From positions 832,001-896,000 of the forward strand of contig CAVXTH010000009.1 in assembly GCA_963764625.1 (NCBI GenBank): DNA of 64,000 nt, given 5' to 3'. How positions within the stretch are numbered: the stretch's first letter is position 1; each line of letters begins with the position of its first letter. A program made the position numbers and the translations under genes. Below are positions 1 through 10,997 of the stretch, one piece after another. The stretch is from Candidatus Krumholzibacteriota bacterium. Its GTDB lineage: Bacteria > Krumholzibacteriota > Krumholzibacteriia > JAJRXK01. The notes under the pieces are model-generated. The model was not told the origin of the DNA. It saw nothing but the letters and a program-made list of their open reading frames with translations, and did not search any database.

Positions 1-251
1 AGCAGGATCAGGCCCAAGACCAGAAACAGGAAAAACCCTCGGCGGCGCCGGATAGTACCATGCAACAGCCGACTCGACCCGACTCGACGCAGACCGCGAT
101 GTCCGATAGCATGACGACGAAGGTCGGAGTCATGAGCCCGGCGGAAGCCATGCGATTGCTCAGTGCCCTCGATCATGACGAGGAAGAACTGCGGCGTTCG
201 ATCCAACGACGACTACGCACGACGGAGAACAAGAGTAAGCATGAATGGTAG
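1..251 (+). CDS. batC: BatC-like protein, C-terminal fragment (5' truncated by window)
   Basis: Q/D-rich linker then 'MSPAEAMRLLSAL...KSKHEW', typical BatC tail; overlaps batD start. Confidence 0.6.
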   Translation, partial: QDQAQDQKQEKPSAAPDSTMQQPTRPDSTQTAMSDSMTTKVGVMSPAEAMRLLSALDHDEEELRRSIQRRLRTTENKSKHEW

Positions 252-2055
252 AGCGATAGCACCTACTCGGCGAATAATTCTCCTGGGTTTGGTGCTCAGC
301 ACGCTCTTGACCGCGAGCCTTCCTCTGCGAGCTCGAGCGGCTGTCTCCTGCCGTGCCGAAGTGGATCGTTCCCAACTGGCGGTGGGCGAGCAAGTAGTTC
401 TCACTCTGAATGTCGAAGGTGACGTCCGTAAGATCGAAGATCCCGAGCTGCCGGACTTCGGGCCGTTCGAGGTATACGGTGGAGGACAGAGCCAGAGCTT
501 CAGTTTCGTGAACGGCAAGGTACACGCCAGCCACAGCTACACCTGGTACTTGAGGCCGTTGGAGCCCGGCAACTTCGAGTTGCCGCCGATCACGGTGGTG
601 GCGGATGGGGCCAAGTATCACACGAAGAAGATTCCCCTGAGCGTTCAGCCGGCCGGATCCTCGAATTCGCCCGCCCCGCGGCAGAATTTCCCCGTGGCGC
701 CACCCACCCATGATTCCACTCGCAACAGGGGCACCCGCTCGGGCGGGCCGGGAGACGATTACTTCGTGAGCATGACGGTCGATCGGGACACGGTCGTGGT
801 TGGAGAGCAGGTGGTGCTCACGTTCACGTTCTACCGCGGGATGCGTGGCGGACTGTTCGACTCTCCGCAGTACACTCCACCGACCACCGAGGGATTCTGG
901 CGCGAGGATCTGCCCCCGGAACGACACAGTACCATGAACGTCCAGGGCTACCCTTACGACATCACCCAGATCCTCTACGCGCTCTTTCCCACCCGAAGCG
1001 GAGAACTGCGGATCGGTGAGGCGGTGGTGCGGATCCCGCAGGATCCCTTCGGCTCGTTCTTTCGCCGTCAGACGCCACGGGGCGACGTCACCCTCAGCGC
1101 TCCCTCGATCCCGGTGTACGTGAAGGAACTTCCGCCGCGGGCGCCGGCCGGATTCGACGGAACGGTGGGAAGCGAGCTGGAATTGAGTTTGAAGACCGAT
1201 CGCAAGAATCTCTCGGTGGGGGATGCCCTCACCGTGTCCCTTCAGCTCTCAGGGGGTGGGTATCTCGCGGCCGCGTCCAAACCCGAGCTTCCCCAGCTTC
1301 CGAGCTTCCGCCAGCACGACTCGGGCTCTTCTCTCGACTCCGGACCCTCGGGAGGAGAACTCCGGGGGAGCCTGAAAGTGGAGAAGCTCCTCATTCCGCA
1401 GAAGGAAGGGAACTACACCATTCCCTCGGTCTCCTACGTCTATTACGACACCAAGAGAAATCGCTATCGCCGCCTGACCACCGAGCCGGTCGAGATCGCG
1501 GTGTCCCCTTCCGACGAGGCGCCGGTTTCTTCCTTCGCCACCGGGGGAAAGACCGAGATCGCGATTCTGGGCCAGGACATTTTGCACATCCAGGCGGTGA
1601 GCGGAGTGCTCAGGCCCTATGAAGGGCCGCTGATCGCCCGGCGGACGACCTGGGTCTTGGGTGCCCTGGCCCCGCTCATCTGGCTGGCTTCGGTCCTTCT
1701 GGCCTCGAGGCGCCGACGGCTTCTGGCCGATCCTCTGGGACATCGCTCAAGCCGCGCGCGCAAGTTGGCCGCCGCCCGACTCTCCGGCGACGGGAGCGAC
1801 GCTGAGCGGGTGAGCGAGGCGCTCATGATCTGGTTCGGGGCCAAGGCTCGCCGTCCGGTCTCCGGATTCACCCGCAGCGAGTTGCTCGATTGGTTGAAAG
1901 AGAAGAAGGCTCCCGCAGAGCTCGTGGAACAGGTCGACACGATGCTCGACCACTGCGATCGAGCCCGATTCGCGGCAGCCGGAGAAGAGACGAGGCTCGT
2001 GGACGAAGCGAAGACCCTGCTGCTCGTGCTGGAAAAGGAGTTGGGCCGTGTTTGA
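241..2055 (+). CDS. batD: BatD family protein
   Basis: Signal peptide, repeated Ig-like BatD domains ('GQSQSFSFVNG', 'VVGEQVVLT'), C-terminal TM and 'CDRARFA'; start placed at ATG 241. Confidence 0.85.
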   Translation: MNGRAIAPTRRIILLGLVLSTLLTASLPLRARAAVSCRAEVDRSQLAVGEQVVLTLNVEGDVRKIEDPELPDFGPFEVYGGGQSQSFSFVNGKVHASHSYTWYLRPLEPGNFELPPITVVADGAKYHTKKIPLSVQPAGSSNSPAPRQNFPVAPPTHDSTRNRGTRSGGPGDDYFVSMTVDRDTVVVGEQVVLTFTFYRGMRGGLFDSPQYTPPTTEGFWREDLPPERHSTMNVQGYPYDITQILYALFPTRSGELRIGEAVVRIPQDPFGSFFRRQTPRGDVTLSAPSIPVYVKELPPRAPAGFDGTVGSELELSLKTDRKNLSVGDALTVSLQLSGGGYLAAASKPELPQLPSFRQHDSGSSLDSGPSGGELRGSLKVEKLLIPQKEGNYTIPSVSYVYYDTKRNRYRRLTTEPVEIAVSPSDEAPVSSFATGGKTEIAILGQDILHIQAVSGVLRPYEGPLIARRTTWVLGALAPLIWLASVLLASRRRRLLADPLGHRSSRARKLAAARLSGDGSDAERVSEALMIWFGAKARRPVSGFTRSELLDWLKEKKAPAELVEQVDTMLDHCDRARFAAAGEETRLVDEAKTLLLVLEKELGRV

Positions 2056-2821
2056 GCTTCTACGACGGCTGACGCTGGCCGGCATCGTTCTGTTTGCCGC
2101 GGCCGGGGCGCAGGCGGAAGACCTGGGACGTGCGCAGACCCTCGCGGCACAGGGCAACCACGCCTACGAAGCGGGGGACTATGATACCGCGGTGAAGGAC
2201 TATCAAGCCGCCATCGACGCTGGACTGGACCACGAAGTGTTGTTCTATAATCTGGGCAACGCCTGGTTCAAAATGGGGAGCGTGGGAAAGGCGATCTTGT
2301 CCTATCGTCGAGCTTTGCTGCGCGCGCCTCGGGATGCCGCTGCTCGCGCAAATCTCGCTCAGGCGAAGACCCTCATCAAGGACGAAGCGCTCGCTCCACT
2401 CTCGGTGCCCCTCTTCTTGAAACCTCTGGTCTGGTTGTATTCGCGCTTCAGCCTCAACGAGTGGACCGCGGCCGCTCTGAGCTTCTGGTTCGTTCTGGGC
2501 CTGGTGGGCGCGTTGCGTGCCTGGTGGCGTCCGTCGCGGCTCAGAGGCCGGGGAGTCATCTGGGGCCTCTGCACTGCGCTCGCGGTGTGTACGGTGATGG
2601 TGGGCATTCACGCTGACAACGAGCTTCGCCACCACGAGGCCATCGTGACGCAAACCGAAGTCGACGTACGGAGTGGACCTGGCGAGAACTACAATTTATC
2701 CTTTAAGATCCACGAAGGTTTACGTGTCTTCGTCGACACGCGCCGGGCGAAGTGGACTCGGATCCACCTGGGCGGAGACTTGATCGGCTGGGTTCCAGTG
2801 GCTTCGATCGAGGAGATCTGA
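2048..2821 (+). CDS. batE: BatE family TPR + SH3 protein
   Basis: TPR 'YNLGNAWFK..GKAILSYRRAL', two TMs, SH3 'VRSGPG..FKIHEG..GWV'. Confidence 0.85.
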   Translation: MFELLRRLTLAGIVLFAAAGAQAEDLGRAQTLAAQGNHAYEAGDYDTAVKDYQAAIDAGLDHEVLFYNLGNAWFKMGSVGKAILSYRRALLRAPRDAAARANLAQAKTLIKDEALAPLSVPLFLKPLVWLYSRFSLNEWTAAALSFWFVLGLVGALRAWWRPSRLRGRGVIWGLCTALAVCTVMVGIHADNELRHHEAIVTQTEVDVRSGPGENYNLSFKIHEGLRVFVDTRRAKWTRIHLGGDLIGWVPVASIEEI

Positions 2822-2924
2822 ACCGGCCAGCGGTTGCGCAGCGCGCAACCAGCCGCGCCCCTCGCCAGCGCGCGGTCCCAATCCACAACGAGTTTACGGA
2901 GATCGAGCCGAGGAGATAGCCCGG

Positions 2925-4444
2925 ATGAACCGATCGGAAATCAGCGATGCGCGGAGTCTCTCCGCGCCGGGAATCCAGAAGGGGCCGATCTGGCCCCTTC
3001 TCTTGCCTTTCGCACTCGGCACGCTGCTCCGGCTGTGGGCGCTGCCGTCGTCGGTGAACTTGCGGTTCTTCCCGCAGGCAGAGGGTTTGGCGGCGCCGGA
3101 CGGAACCCGAATCTTCTCCGCCATCCTCTTCGGGCTCGTGGTTCTCACCGTGGCCTGGATCTCCAGGGAGTTGGGGGGGGGTCTCGCCGGCTCTGAGCGC
3201 GGGAATCGTTCTGGCTCTGTGCTGGCCCGCGCTCATTTTGAGCGTCATGCAGTTGGGAAACGTGGCGCTCATTCTCGTCCTGATGATCGGTCTGGCCATC
3301 GTCAGCATCGGCGGCAGACTCTCCGGGTTCGGTTGGGCACTGTGGGCTCTTGCGGCTCTGCTCCTTGCGCTTCCCCTCCTGAGGGACTCGTGGCTGGGAA
3401 CCTCGGTTCTGCTTCCATCGCACCCAAGCGACGCGATCTTGCTCCTCTGGCGCCACGAGATCCCGCGCCTCTCAGCGCCGATCTTCTTGGGCAAGATCCC
3501 ACTCTTCGCGCTGGGACTGAGCAGTCTTCTCGTTTTGCGGGGACGACCGGGAGCGCGCGCGGTCGCGCTCTTTCTGTTGGTCCTCGTGCTGGTGGATTGG
3601 TTCTGGCCCCTGGGCCAGCAATCTCGATCTGGCCGTGTTGGCGCTCTTGGCCGTTCTCGGTGGGGTGTGGTTCGCCGCGCTGCGCGCTTCGTGGGGCGGG
3701 GGTCAGCGGAAAGCGCTTGCGGCCCTCTGCGTGTCGGTACTCGTCCTCTTGGCGGTGGGATCCTATTTCACCCGGGTGTCGGGCGATGCCCTGACGCGGG
3801 CTGAAGTCTCGCTCCGGCTGGAACGCGCCCATCAGGAGAACGACAAGGGGATGAGTCAGGCGGCCCTGGAGGACCTCGCCTGGATTCTCACGCGCGAGCC
3901 TCAAGACCACGACGCGCGTAATTTGCGGGCGTGGGTGCTTCTCGGGCAGCGGCAATTCAAGTCGGCCGCGGTCGCGTTCAAGGAAATGCTACGAGACTTT
4001 CCGGAATCAGCCGATTCGCAGCTGGGGGTCGGTTGGTCCAACTACTATCTGGGCAACTACGTGACCTCCAAGATGGCCTTCACCAGGGCCTTGAGCCTTC
4101 GGCCGGAAAACGCGAGCGCCATGGTCGGAATGGGTTTGGCGGAGTTCGCAGGGAACAACGATCTGGACGCGGGAGAAAAGCTCATCCGTGAGGGACTGAA
4201 GCTCGATCCGAAAATCGCCGAGGGCTATGCGGGGCTGGCCATGATCATGCTCAAGAGAGGAATCGAGACCCCCGAACAGACGAAGCAGCTGCGTGAGTAC
4301 GTGCACCAGGCGATCGTTCTGGACCCCAAGAACGAAGCCGCGCGTCGCTGGGCCAGGCGAAGGGGATGGTACGATCTCTTCCCCGAGAATGAGAGACCCG
4401 GCAACTGGAAAGAGCTCATGAAAGAGCAGCAGACCCAGCAATGA
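2925..4444 (+). CDS. Multi-pass membrane protein with C-terminal TPRs (split by about 2 frameshifts)
   Basis: Hydrophobic segments continue across ORFs 2925, 3238 and 3635; TPRs in the last piece; G homopolymer near 3172-3181; ATGA overlap with uvrA. Confidence 0.55.
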
Positions 4445-7284
4445 GGCAGAGAATCGTCGTCAAGGGCGCTCGCCAGCACAATCTGAAGAACGTCGACCTC
4501 GAGATTCCCCGCGATGAGCTCGTCGTCTTCACCGGAGTTTCGGGGAGCGGCAAGTCTTCGCTGGCGTTCGACACGCTTTATGCCGAGGGACAGCGGCGCT
4601 ACGTGGAGAGTCTCTCCTCCTATGCGCGTCAGTTCCTCGGACAGATGGAAAAGCCACACGTCGATCATATCGAGGGCTTGAGTCCCGCCATCTCGATCGA
4701 CCAGAAGTCACCCAGCCGCAATCCTCGTTCCACCGTCGGCACCGTTACCGAGATCCAGGACTATCTCCGCGTCATCTTCGCCAGACTCGGGGAGCAACAC
4801 TGTCATCGCTGCGGCAGGAAAGTGGGTCGCCAGACACCCGGACAGATGGCAAAGCGACTGCAGCAATTCGCGCCGGGCACCCGGCTCGTCCTCTACTCAC
4901 CGGTGGTGCGTGGCCGGAAAGGAGAGTATCAAGAACTGCTGCGCAAACTGCGCAAAGACGGTTTTTCTCGTCTGAGGATCGACGGAAACTACCTCGATCT
5001 CCAAGAACACGAAGCACCGCGCCTCTCCAAGACCATGACCCATGACGTGGAGGTTCTCATCGATCGGATCGTGGTGGGAAGAGTCTCCACCTCACGCCTG
5101 GTCGATAGCATCGAGACCGCGCTGCGCCTCTCCTTTGGTTTGCTTTTGGCCGAGAGCGAAGCCGGCGACGAAGTGCTCTTGGGGGAGGACTATGCGTGCG
5201 TCCATTGCGGAATCTCCTTCGAGGAGCTGATTCCTCAGCACTTCTCCTTCAACTCTCCCCGCGGCGCGTGTCCTGAGTGCAACGGCCTGGGGACCCTGTT
5301 GCAGGCCGATCCCGAGCGTCTCGTCCTGGATCCTGAGAAGTCCGTGATGGCCGGTGCTCTGGCGCTCATGGGGAACCTCGAGGAGAAAGACAGTCTCGGC
5401 TGGTGGAACCAACGGCTTCTCCAGATCGCGGATTACTACTCCATCGACTTGAATCGGCCCTGGAAGAAACTGTCCAAGCGCGATCGGAAACTCCTGCTCC
5501 ACGGCGACGCAAATACCACGCTCACGTACCGCTACGAGAGCAGTCACTTCCGTGGCGATTTCGAGGGAAGGGTGGTCGGAGTGGCCACCGAGGTCGAACG
5601 ACTCGTCCGTCAGACCAAGAGCGAACGCCGCCGCCGCTACTACAGTCAGTTTCTGCACGAGGGAGTCTGCCCCTCCTGCAAGGGTTTGAAGCTGCGTCCG
5701 GAAAGCCTGGCGGTCAAACTCGGCACTCTCAACCTCGCTCAACTGAATCAACTCTCGATCGAGCAGGCTCATCACTACATCACCACGCTGAAAGTGCCCA
5801 AGTCCAGAGCGCAGGTGGCCGAGGACGCGTTTCGCGAGGTCGCATCAAGGCTGAGGTTCCTTCTCGACGTGGGGCTGGAATACCTCACCCTCGACCGCGC
5901 TGCGCCGACCCTCAGCGGCGGCGAGAGCCAACGCATTCGCCTGGCGAGTCAGATCGGCTCACAGCTCGTCGGCGTGCTCTACATCCTCGACGAGCCTTCG
6001 ATCGGTTTGCATCAGCGGGACAATGCGCGCCTTTTGCGCACGCTCGAAGATCTGCGCGACATGGGGAATACCGTGATCGTGGTGGAGCACGACGCCGAAA
6101 CCATCGCTCACGCTGACCACGTGATCGATTTTGGCCCCGGAGCGGGAGTGAACGGGGGAGAGATCGTCTTCTCCGGCAGTGTCCCTCAGCTGCGTCGAGC
6201 GAGTTCGCGCAGCCTGACCGGGGCCTACCTGACGGGGAAACTGAAAATCGAAGTGCCTCGGCGTCGAAGGAAGCCGGGTCGCGCCGCAATCACGCTCAAG
6301 GGCGCGCGTCTGAACAATCTCAAGAGCCTGGACGTGTCGTTTCCCGTGGGTCTCTTCACCGCGGTCACCGGAGTGTCGGGCAGCGGGAAGAGCTCCCTGG
6401 TGAATGAGACGTTGTATCCCGCGTTGGCGAATGCGCTCTCGGATCGCCAGCTAAGAGTCGGTCCGTTCAAGCGCATCACCGGCCGCTCGAACATCGACAA
6501 GGTAATCGACATCAATCAGGATCCCATTGGACGTACTCCGCGCTCGAATCCCGCGACCTACGTGCAGGTCTTCACCCTGATCCGGGAGATCTTCGCTCAA
6601 CTGCCTCTCTCCAATGCGCGCGGGTATAAGCCCGGCCGATTCTCCTTCAACGTGAAAGGAGGGCGCTGCGAGGCGTGCGAGGGGCACGGTCAGAAGAAGA
6701 TCTCCATGCACTTCTTGGCCGATGTCTGGATCACTTGCGAAGTCTGCAAAGGACAGCGATTTCAGGCGGAGACCCTGCAGTGCCGCTACAAGGGGAAATC
6801 GATCGCCGACGTTCTGGACATGGACGTGCAGGAAGCGCTGGAATTCTTTCAGAATCAGCCTAAGATCAGCAAGATTCTGCAGACTCTTCACGACGTGGGG
6901 CTGGACTACATCAAGCTGGGCCAGCCGGCGACGACTCTCAGTGGGGGAGAAGCACAGCGAGTGAAACTGTCGCGCGAATTGGCAAGGCAGGCTACCGGCC
7001 GCACACTCTACGTGCTCGACGAACCCACGACTGGTTTGCACTCCCACGACATCAAGCGACTTCTTTCGGTGCTCCACCGACTGGTCGACGCCAAAAATAC
7101 CGTCGTCATCATCGAGCACAATCTGGACGTGATCAAAACCGCGGATTGGATCATCGATCTGGGGCCCGAAGGCGGCGAACGAGGCGGGCAGATCCTGGCT
7201 GAGGGTCCTCCCGAGGCCGTGGTGCGGGTCAAGAAATCCCATACCGGCCGCTATCTGGCCGGCGAACTGAATCGGTGTTCCTGA
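4441..7284 (+). CDS. uvrA: Excinuclease ABC subunit A
   Basis: Two 'GVSGSGKSS' Walker A motifs, 'LSGGE' signatures, zinc fingers, 'GARQHNLKN'. Confidence 0.98.
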   Translation: MRQRIVVKGARQHNLKNVDLEIPRDELVVFTGVSGSGKSSLAFDTLYAEGQRRYVESLSSYARQFLGQMEKPHVDHIEGLSPAISIDQKSPSRNPRSTVGTVTEIQDYLRVIFARLGEQHCHRCGRKVGRQTPGQMAKRLQQFAPGTRLVLYSPVVRGRKGEYQELLRKLRKDGFSRLRIDGNYLDLQEHEAPRLSKTMTHDVEVLIDRIVVGRVSTSRLVDSIETALRLSFGLLLAESEAGDEVLLGEDYACVHCGISFEELIPQHFSFNSPRGACPECNGLGTLLQADPERLVLDPEKSVMAGALALMGNLEEKDSLGWWNQRLLQIADYYSIDLNRPWKKLSKRDRKLLLHGDANTTLTYRYESSHFRGDFEGRVVGVATEVERLVRQTKSERRRRYYSQFLHEGVCPSCKGLKLRPESLAVKLGTLNLAQLNQLSIEQAHHYITTLKVPKSRAQVAEDAFREVASRLRFLLDVGLEYLTLDRAAPTLSGGESQRIRLASQIGSQLVGVLYILDEPSIGLHQRDNARLLRTLEDLRDMGNTVIVVEHDAETIAHADHVIDFGPGAGVNGGEIVFSGSVPQLRRASSRSLTGAYLTGKLKIEVPRRRRKPGRAAITLKGARLNNLKSLDVSFPVGLFTAVTGVSGSGKSSLVNETLYPALANALSDRQLRVGPFKRITGRSNIDKVIDINQDPIGRTPRSNPATYVQVFTLIREIFAQLPLSNARGYKPGRFSFNVKGGRCEACEGHGQKKISMHFLADVWITCEVCKGQRFQAETLQCRYKGKSIADVLDMDVQEALEFFQNQPKISKILQTLHDVGLDYIKLGQPATTLSGGEAQRVKLSRELARQATGRTLYVLDEPTTGLHSHDIKRLLSVLHRLVDAKNTVVIIEHNLDVIKTADWIIDLGPEGGERGGQILAEGPPEAVVRVKKSHTGRYLAGELNRCS

Positions 7285-8195
7285 TGGAAGAGTTGGCCTA
7301 CGTAGAGGGAATGGAAAAGACGCTGGACATCGGTGACCACCCGTTTCCTCTGGCCAAGTACTCGATTCTCACCCGCTTGCTTCGCGAGGAGCTGCAACTG
7401 CCCGAGGACCGGTTCCACGAACCGGTGCAGGTGAACGCGGAGGACATCGCCCGCATCCACACTCCGCGCTACGTCGCCGATCTGGAAGAGGCGCGCGAGA
7501 CCTGGGCCACCAGGAGCAGCGAGCTTCCCGTGACCAAGGAGGTCATCGGGTCCTTTCGCCGGCTCCTGGGAGCCAGCGTGCAGACGGTAAGGCTCGCTCT
7601 TTCACAGGGTATGGGTTTCTGCATCGGCGGTGGATTCCACCACGCTTGCCCGGATCACGCGGAAGGTTTCTGTTACTATCACGACATGGCGATCGCGGTG
7701 GAGAGCGCGCGCGCGGAGTCGGATCTCGAGCGGGTCCTCTTTCTCGACGTCGACGTGCATCAGGGAAACGGCACCGCTCTCATCTACGGACTGGACGAGG
7801 ACACCTTCACCTATTCGATTCATCAAGAGCGTAACTATCCCCTGAAGCAGCGCAGCGATCTCGATACTCCGCTTCCCGACGGAATCGGTGACGCGGAATA
7901 CTTGGAGAGGCTTCAGGCCGATCTGGAAATGATCGACGAGAGATTCGCGGCTCCTCAACTGGTGTGCTACGTGGCGGGAGTCGATCCCTACGAAGGAGAC
8001 CAGCTGGGGGGACTCGCGCTCACCCAGGAGGGCCTGCGCCGCCGCGATCACCTCGTTCTCTCGCGCTACGTCGAGGCCGAAGTGCCGATCGCCATTTTCC
8101 TGGCCGGAGGGTACGCCGGCAGCGCGGAGGAGACCGCTCGGCTTCATTTTGGAACCGCACAGGCGGCGGAAGACGTACTAGCCCAGAGACATTGA
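7284..8195 (+). CDS. Histone deacetylase family (Zn-dependent) deacylase
   Basis: 'GGGFHHA', 'GFC', 'DVDVHQGNGT', 'AGVDP', 'GGY' motifs. Confidence 0.92.
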   Translation: MEELAYVEGMEKTLDIGDHPFPLAKYSILTRLLREELQLPEDRFHEPVQVNAEDIARIHTPRYVADLEEARETWATRSSELPVTKEVIGSFRRLLGASVQTVRLALSQGMGFCIGGGFHHACPDHAEGFCYYHDMAIAVESARAESDLERVLFLDVDVHQGNGTALIYGLDEDTFTYSIHQERNYPLKQRSDLDTPLPDGIGDAEYLERLQADLEMIDERFAAPQLVCYVAGVDPYEGDQLGGLALTQEGLRRRDHLVLSRYVEAEVPIAIFLAGGYAGSAEETARLHFGTAQAAEDVLAQRH

Positions 8196-8218
8196 CTCAA
8201 CTCACCGGAGGTTGATTT

Positions 8219-8380
8219 GTGGAACTTGCAATCGGGATTCCTCTCTGGCTGCTCTTCGGAGTGTTGTCCGCCTGGATCGCAACCACCAAGGGCCGTAGCG
8301 GCTGCGGCTTCTTTTTTCTGGGGGCGATTCTGGGCCCCATTGGCCTGGTGATCGCGGCGGTGGTGGGCAAGAGACACTGA
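8219..8380 (+). CDS. Small two-TM membrane protein (53 aa; below ORF-track cutoff)
   Basis: GGAGG RBS, GTG start; MELAIGIPLWLLFGVLSAWIATTKGRSGCGFFFLGAILGPIGLVIAAVVGKRH. Confidence 0.75.
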   Translation: MELAIGIPLWLLFGVLSAWIATTKGRSGCGFFFLGAILGPIGLVIAAVVGKRH

Positions 8381-8386
8381 GTTGCC

Positions 8387-8755
8387 TCAGTCGGTCGGCC
8401 CCTCGAACACACAGCGCGCGCTACATGTCTCCTGCACCGTCACCCGGGAGAGCTGTGGAAGGCGAGGGATCAAACGCTTGTAGATCCAGGCCGCGAGGAC
8501 TTCCGAAGTGGGGTTTTCCAGTCCTTCGATCTCGTTGAGATAGTAGTGATCGAGGGTTTCGTGAAGCGGTCGAAACGCCTCGGCAATCTCCGCGTAGTCG
8601 ATCAGCCAACCCGTCTCGGCGTCGATCTCTCCCTCGATTTCCACGCGAATCTTAAAACTGTGCCCGTGCAGTCGGCCGCACTTGTGTCCGGCGGGAACGC
8701 GCGGGAGCCGGTGCGCCGCCTCGAAAGAGAAGTCCTTCACCAGCCGGGTTCTCAT
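8387..8755 (-). CDS. queD: 6-carboxytetrahydropterin synthase
   Basis: 'FEAAHRL', 'CGRLHGHS', 'LDH.YLN', 'NPTSE', 'ET'. Confidence 0.95.
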   Translation of the reverse strand: MRTRLVKDFSFEAAHRLPRVPAGHKCGRLHGHSFKIRVEIEGEIDAETGWLIDYAEIAEAFRPLHETLDHYYLNEIEGLENPTSEVLAAWIYKRLIPRLPQLSRVTVQETCSARCVFEGPTD

Positions 8756-8868
8756 TCAGTCCTCCCCTTGACCCGCTCTTGGCCGCTTGCATACACTGCC
8801 CGCCGACGGTGCCTTCCCCGCTCTTCTGAGCTGGCACCACGAGGTCCTCAAACTAGCAGGAGAACTCG

Positions 8869-10206
8869 ATGGAGCAAGCGCGTGGACAGTGGGGTTCGAG
8901 CACGGGTTTCATCCTGGCCGCGGCCGGTTCGGCGATCGGGCTGGGAAATATCTGGCGATTCCCCTACGTAGCGGGCGAGAACGGCGGCGCTGCCTTCGTA
9001 TTGCTCTATCTGGCCTGCGTGATCCTCATTTGCCTGCCCTACCTCTTTGCCGAGCTCATTCTGGGCCGCTACAGCCACAAGAATCCCGTCGGAGCCATCG
9101 AGGCCATTCGGGGACGCCGCTCGCTCTGGGCCTGGGCCGGCGCCCTGGGCGTTCTCACTGGAGTGGGCATTCTGAGCTACTACGCGGTCATCGCGGGGTG
9201 GACGCTCGGATACATCTTCAAGGGTTTCGTGGCCCCTCACCTGGAGTTCGCAGCGTTCACGGGGAATGCGCTGCTGACGATTCCCTTGTTCGGCCTCTTC
9301 ATGCTGCTGACGATCGGGGTGGTGTTGGGAGGAGTCGAAACGGGCATCGAGCGGACCGCGAAGGTCCTCATGCCCGTCCTTTTGATTCTCATGCTGATCG
9401 TGATCGTCCGTGGTCTGACTCTGCCCGGTGCCATGGCGGGCCTCACCTTCTACCTGAAGCCGGACTTCTCGCAGGTCACGACGAGCACGGTCCTGACCGC
9501 CCTGGGGCAGGCCTTCTTCTCCTTGAGCCTGGGGATGGGGGCCATGATCACCTACGGCTCCTATTTGCCCAAGGACGCCGATTTGAGGATGGCTGGCTCC
9601 TTCGTGGCCTTCTTCGACACGCTCATCGCGGTCCTGGCCGGGTTCATGATCTTCCCCGCCGTCTTTGCCATGGGGGAGAGCCCGGACGTGGGTCCCTCGC
9701 TCGTGTTCGTGGTTCTTCCGAAGGTCTTTTCCTCGATGCCCATGGGCTCTTTGGTCTCGGTGGTGTTCTTCGTGCTTCTGGCCATCGCGGCCCTGACCTC
9801 CACCGTCTCCTTGCTCGAGGTGGTGGTGGCCTATTTCGTCGACGAACGGCACTGGTCGCGCAAGAAGTCGGCCTGGTCGGTGGGGGTCGTCACTTTCATT
9901 CTGGGATTGCCCGCCGCACTCTCGTCCGGAGCGTCGGACTTCTTCACCTCGATGCACATGTTCGGCAAGGAAAGCGTTCTGGGCATCATGGACTTCATCT
10001 GGGGAAACATCTCCCTCGCGCTCGGTGGGCTCCTCTTGAGCGTCTTCGTGGGGTGGATCTGGGGCGTGAAGAAGGCGGGGGAGGAACTGAAGCTCGGCTG
10101 CGGGATCACCGATTCCGGCGTCGCGTTCTGGGGCATCTTCATCCGTTACATCTGCCCCGTCGTGATCTTCGCGGTGCTTCTGGACGTCTTCGGCGTGTTC
10201 CGTTGA
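8869..10206 (+). CDS. Sodium-dependent transporter (NSS/SNF family)
   Basis: 'GSAIGLGNIWRFPY', 'GQAFFSLSLG'. Confidence 0.95.
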   Translation: MEQARGQWGSSTGFILAAAGSAIGLGNIWRFPYVAGENGGAAFVLLYLACVILICLPYLFAELILGRYSHKNPVGAIEAIRGRRSLWAWAGALGVLTGVGILSYYAVIAGWTLGYIFKGFVAPHLEFAAFTGNALLTIPLFGLFMLLTIGVVLGGVETGIERTAKVLMPVLLILMLIVIVRGLTLPGAMAGLTFYLKPDFSQVTTSTVLTALGQAFFSLSLGMGAMITYGSYLPKDADLRMAGSFVAFFDTLIAVLAGFMIFPAVFAMGESPDVGPSLVFVVLPKVFSSMPMGSLVSVVFFVLLAIAALTSTVSLLEVVVAYFVDERHWSRKKSAWSVGVVTFILGLPAALSSGASDFFTSMHMFGKESVLGIMDFIWGNISLALGGLLLSVFVGWIWGVKKAGEELKLGCGITDSGVAFWGIFIRYICPVVIFAVLLDVFGVFR

Positions 10207-10228
10207 TCGAACTCGCGAAGCGGCCGGC

Positions 10229-10816
10229 TCAGCTCTCGGCGCCCTCCTGGGCCTCTTCCTCCGGCGGTTCGAAGCAGTAGCGGCAACGCGCCTCGTACAT
10301 TCCCGCCGCCCCGATCTCGATGCGGTCGTGTCCTCCGGTGAGCTTCTGGGTGTAGGCGGCTGGCGCGCCGCAGACCATGCAGATCGCGAGGCTCTTGGTG
10401 ATGTATTCCGCGGTGGCAAGGAGTTGGGCCATCACTTCGAAAGTTTCGCCGCGGAAGTCGCGATCGAGTCCGGCGGCGATCACGCGCTTTCCCTGATTGG
10501 CCAGGCGATTGCAAACCTCGACCAGGCCTAGATCGAAGAACTGCACTTCGTCGATGCCTATGACCTCTACCCGATCGTCGACCCGTTGCATCAATGCCTT
10601 GGAATTCTCGACTGGCTCCGAGTGCAGCCTCATCTGACTGTGCGAAACGATGTGGTCTTCGGCGTAGCGGACATCCAATCCCGGTTTGAAGATCTGGACC
10701 CGCTGCCGGGCAATCTCCGCGCGCCGCAGGCGCTTGATGAGCTCTTCGCTCTTGCCGCTGAACATGCTGCCGGTGATGACTTCGATCCAACCGGACTTGG
10801 GATAGGGTCGCTGCAT
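10229..10816 (-). CDS. tdk: Thymidine kinase
   Basis: 'GSMFSGKSEEL', 'IDEVQF', 'AGLD.DF', C-terminal Zn Cys pairs. Confidence 0.95.
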   Translation of the reverse strand: MQRPYPKSGWIEVITGSMFSGKSEELIKRLRRAEIARQRVQIFKPGLDVRYAEDHIVSHSQMRLHSEPVENSKALMQRVDDRVEVIGIDEVQFFDLGLVEVCNRLANQGKRVIAAGLDRDFRGETFEVMAQLLATAEYITKSLAICMVCGAPAAYTQKLTGGHDRIEIGAAGMYEARCRYCFEPPEEEAQEGAES

Positions 10817-10997
10817 GACCCACCTCGGAGATTGAGATGACAAGCCCGCGCCCCCCGCTGGCAAGAGGGTGGGCGCCTTCGCGCGGGGGAACGCTTGGTT
10901 CGCCCACGGCCTTGGAGCATAGCCAGTAGGCTGCTGCTTCACAAGACCTCAAGCTGCCTCTGGTGGGGGCCGCCTCTCCCATGCTATCCTGCCCGCC

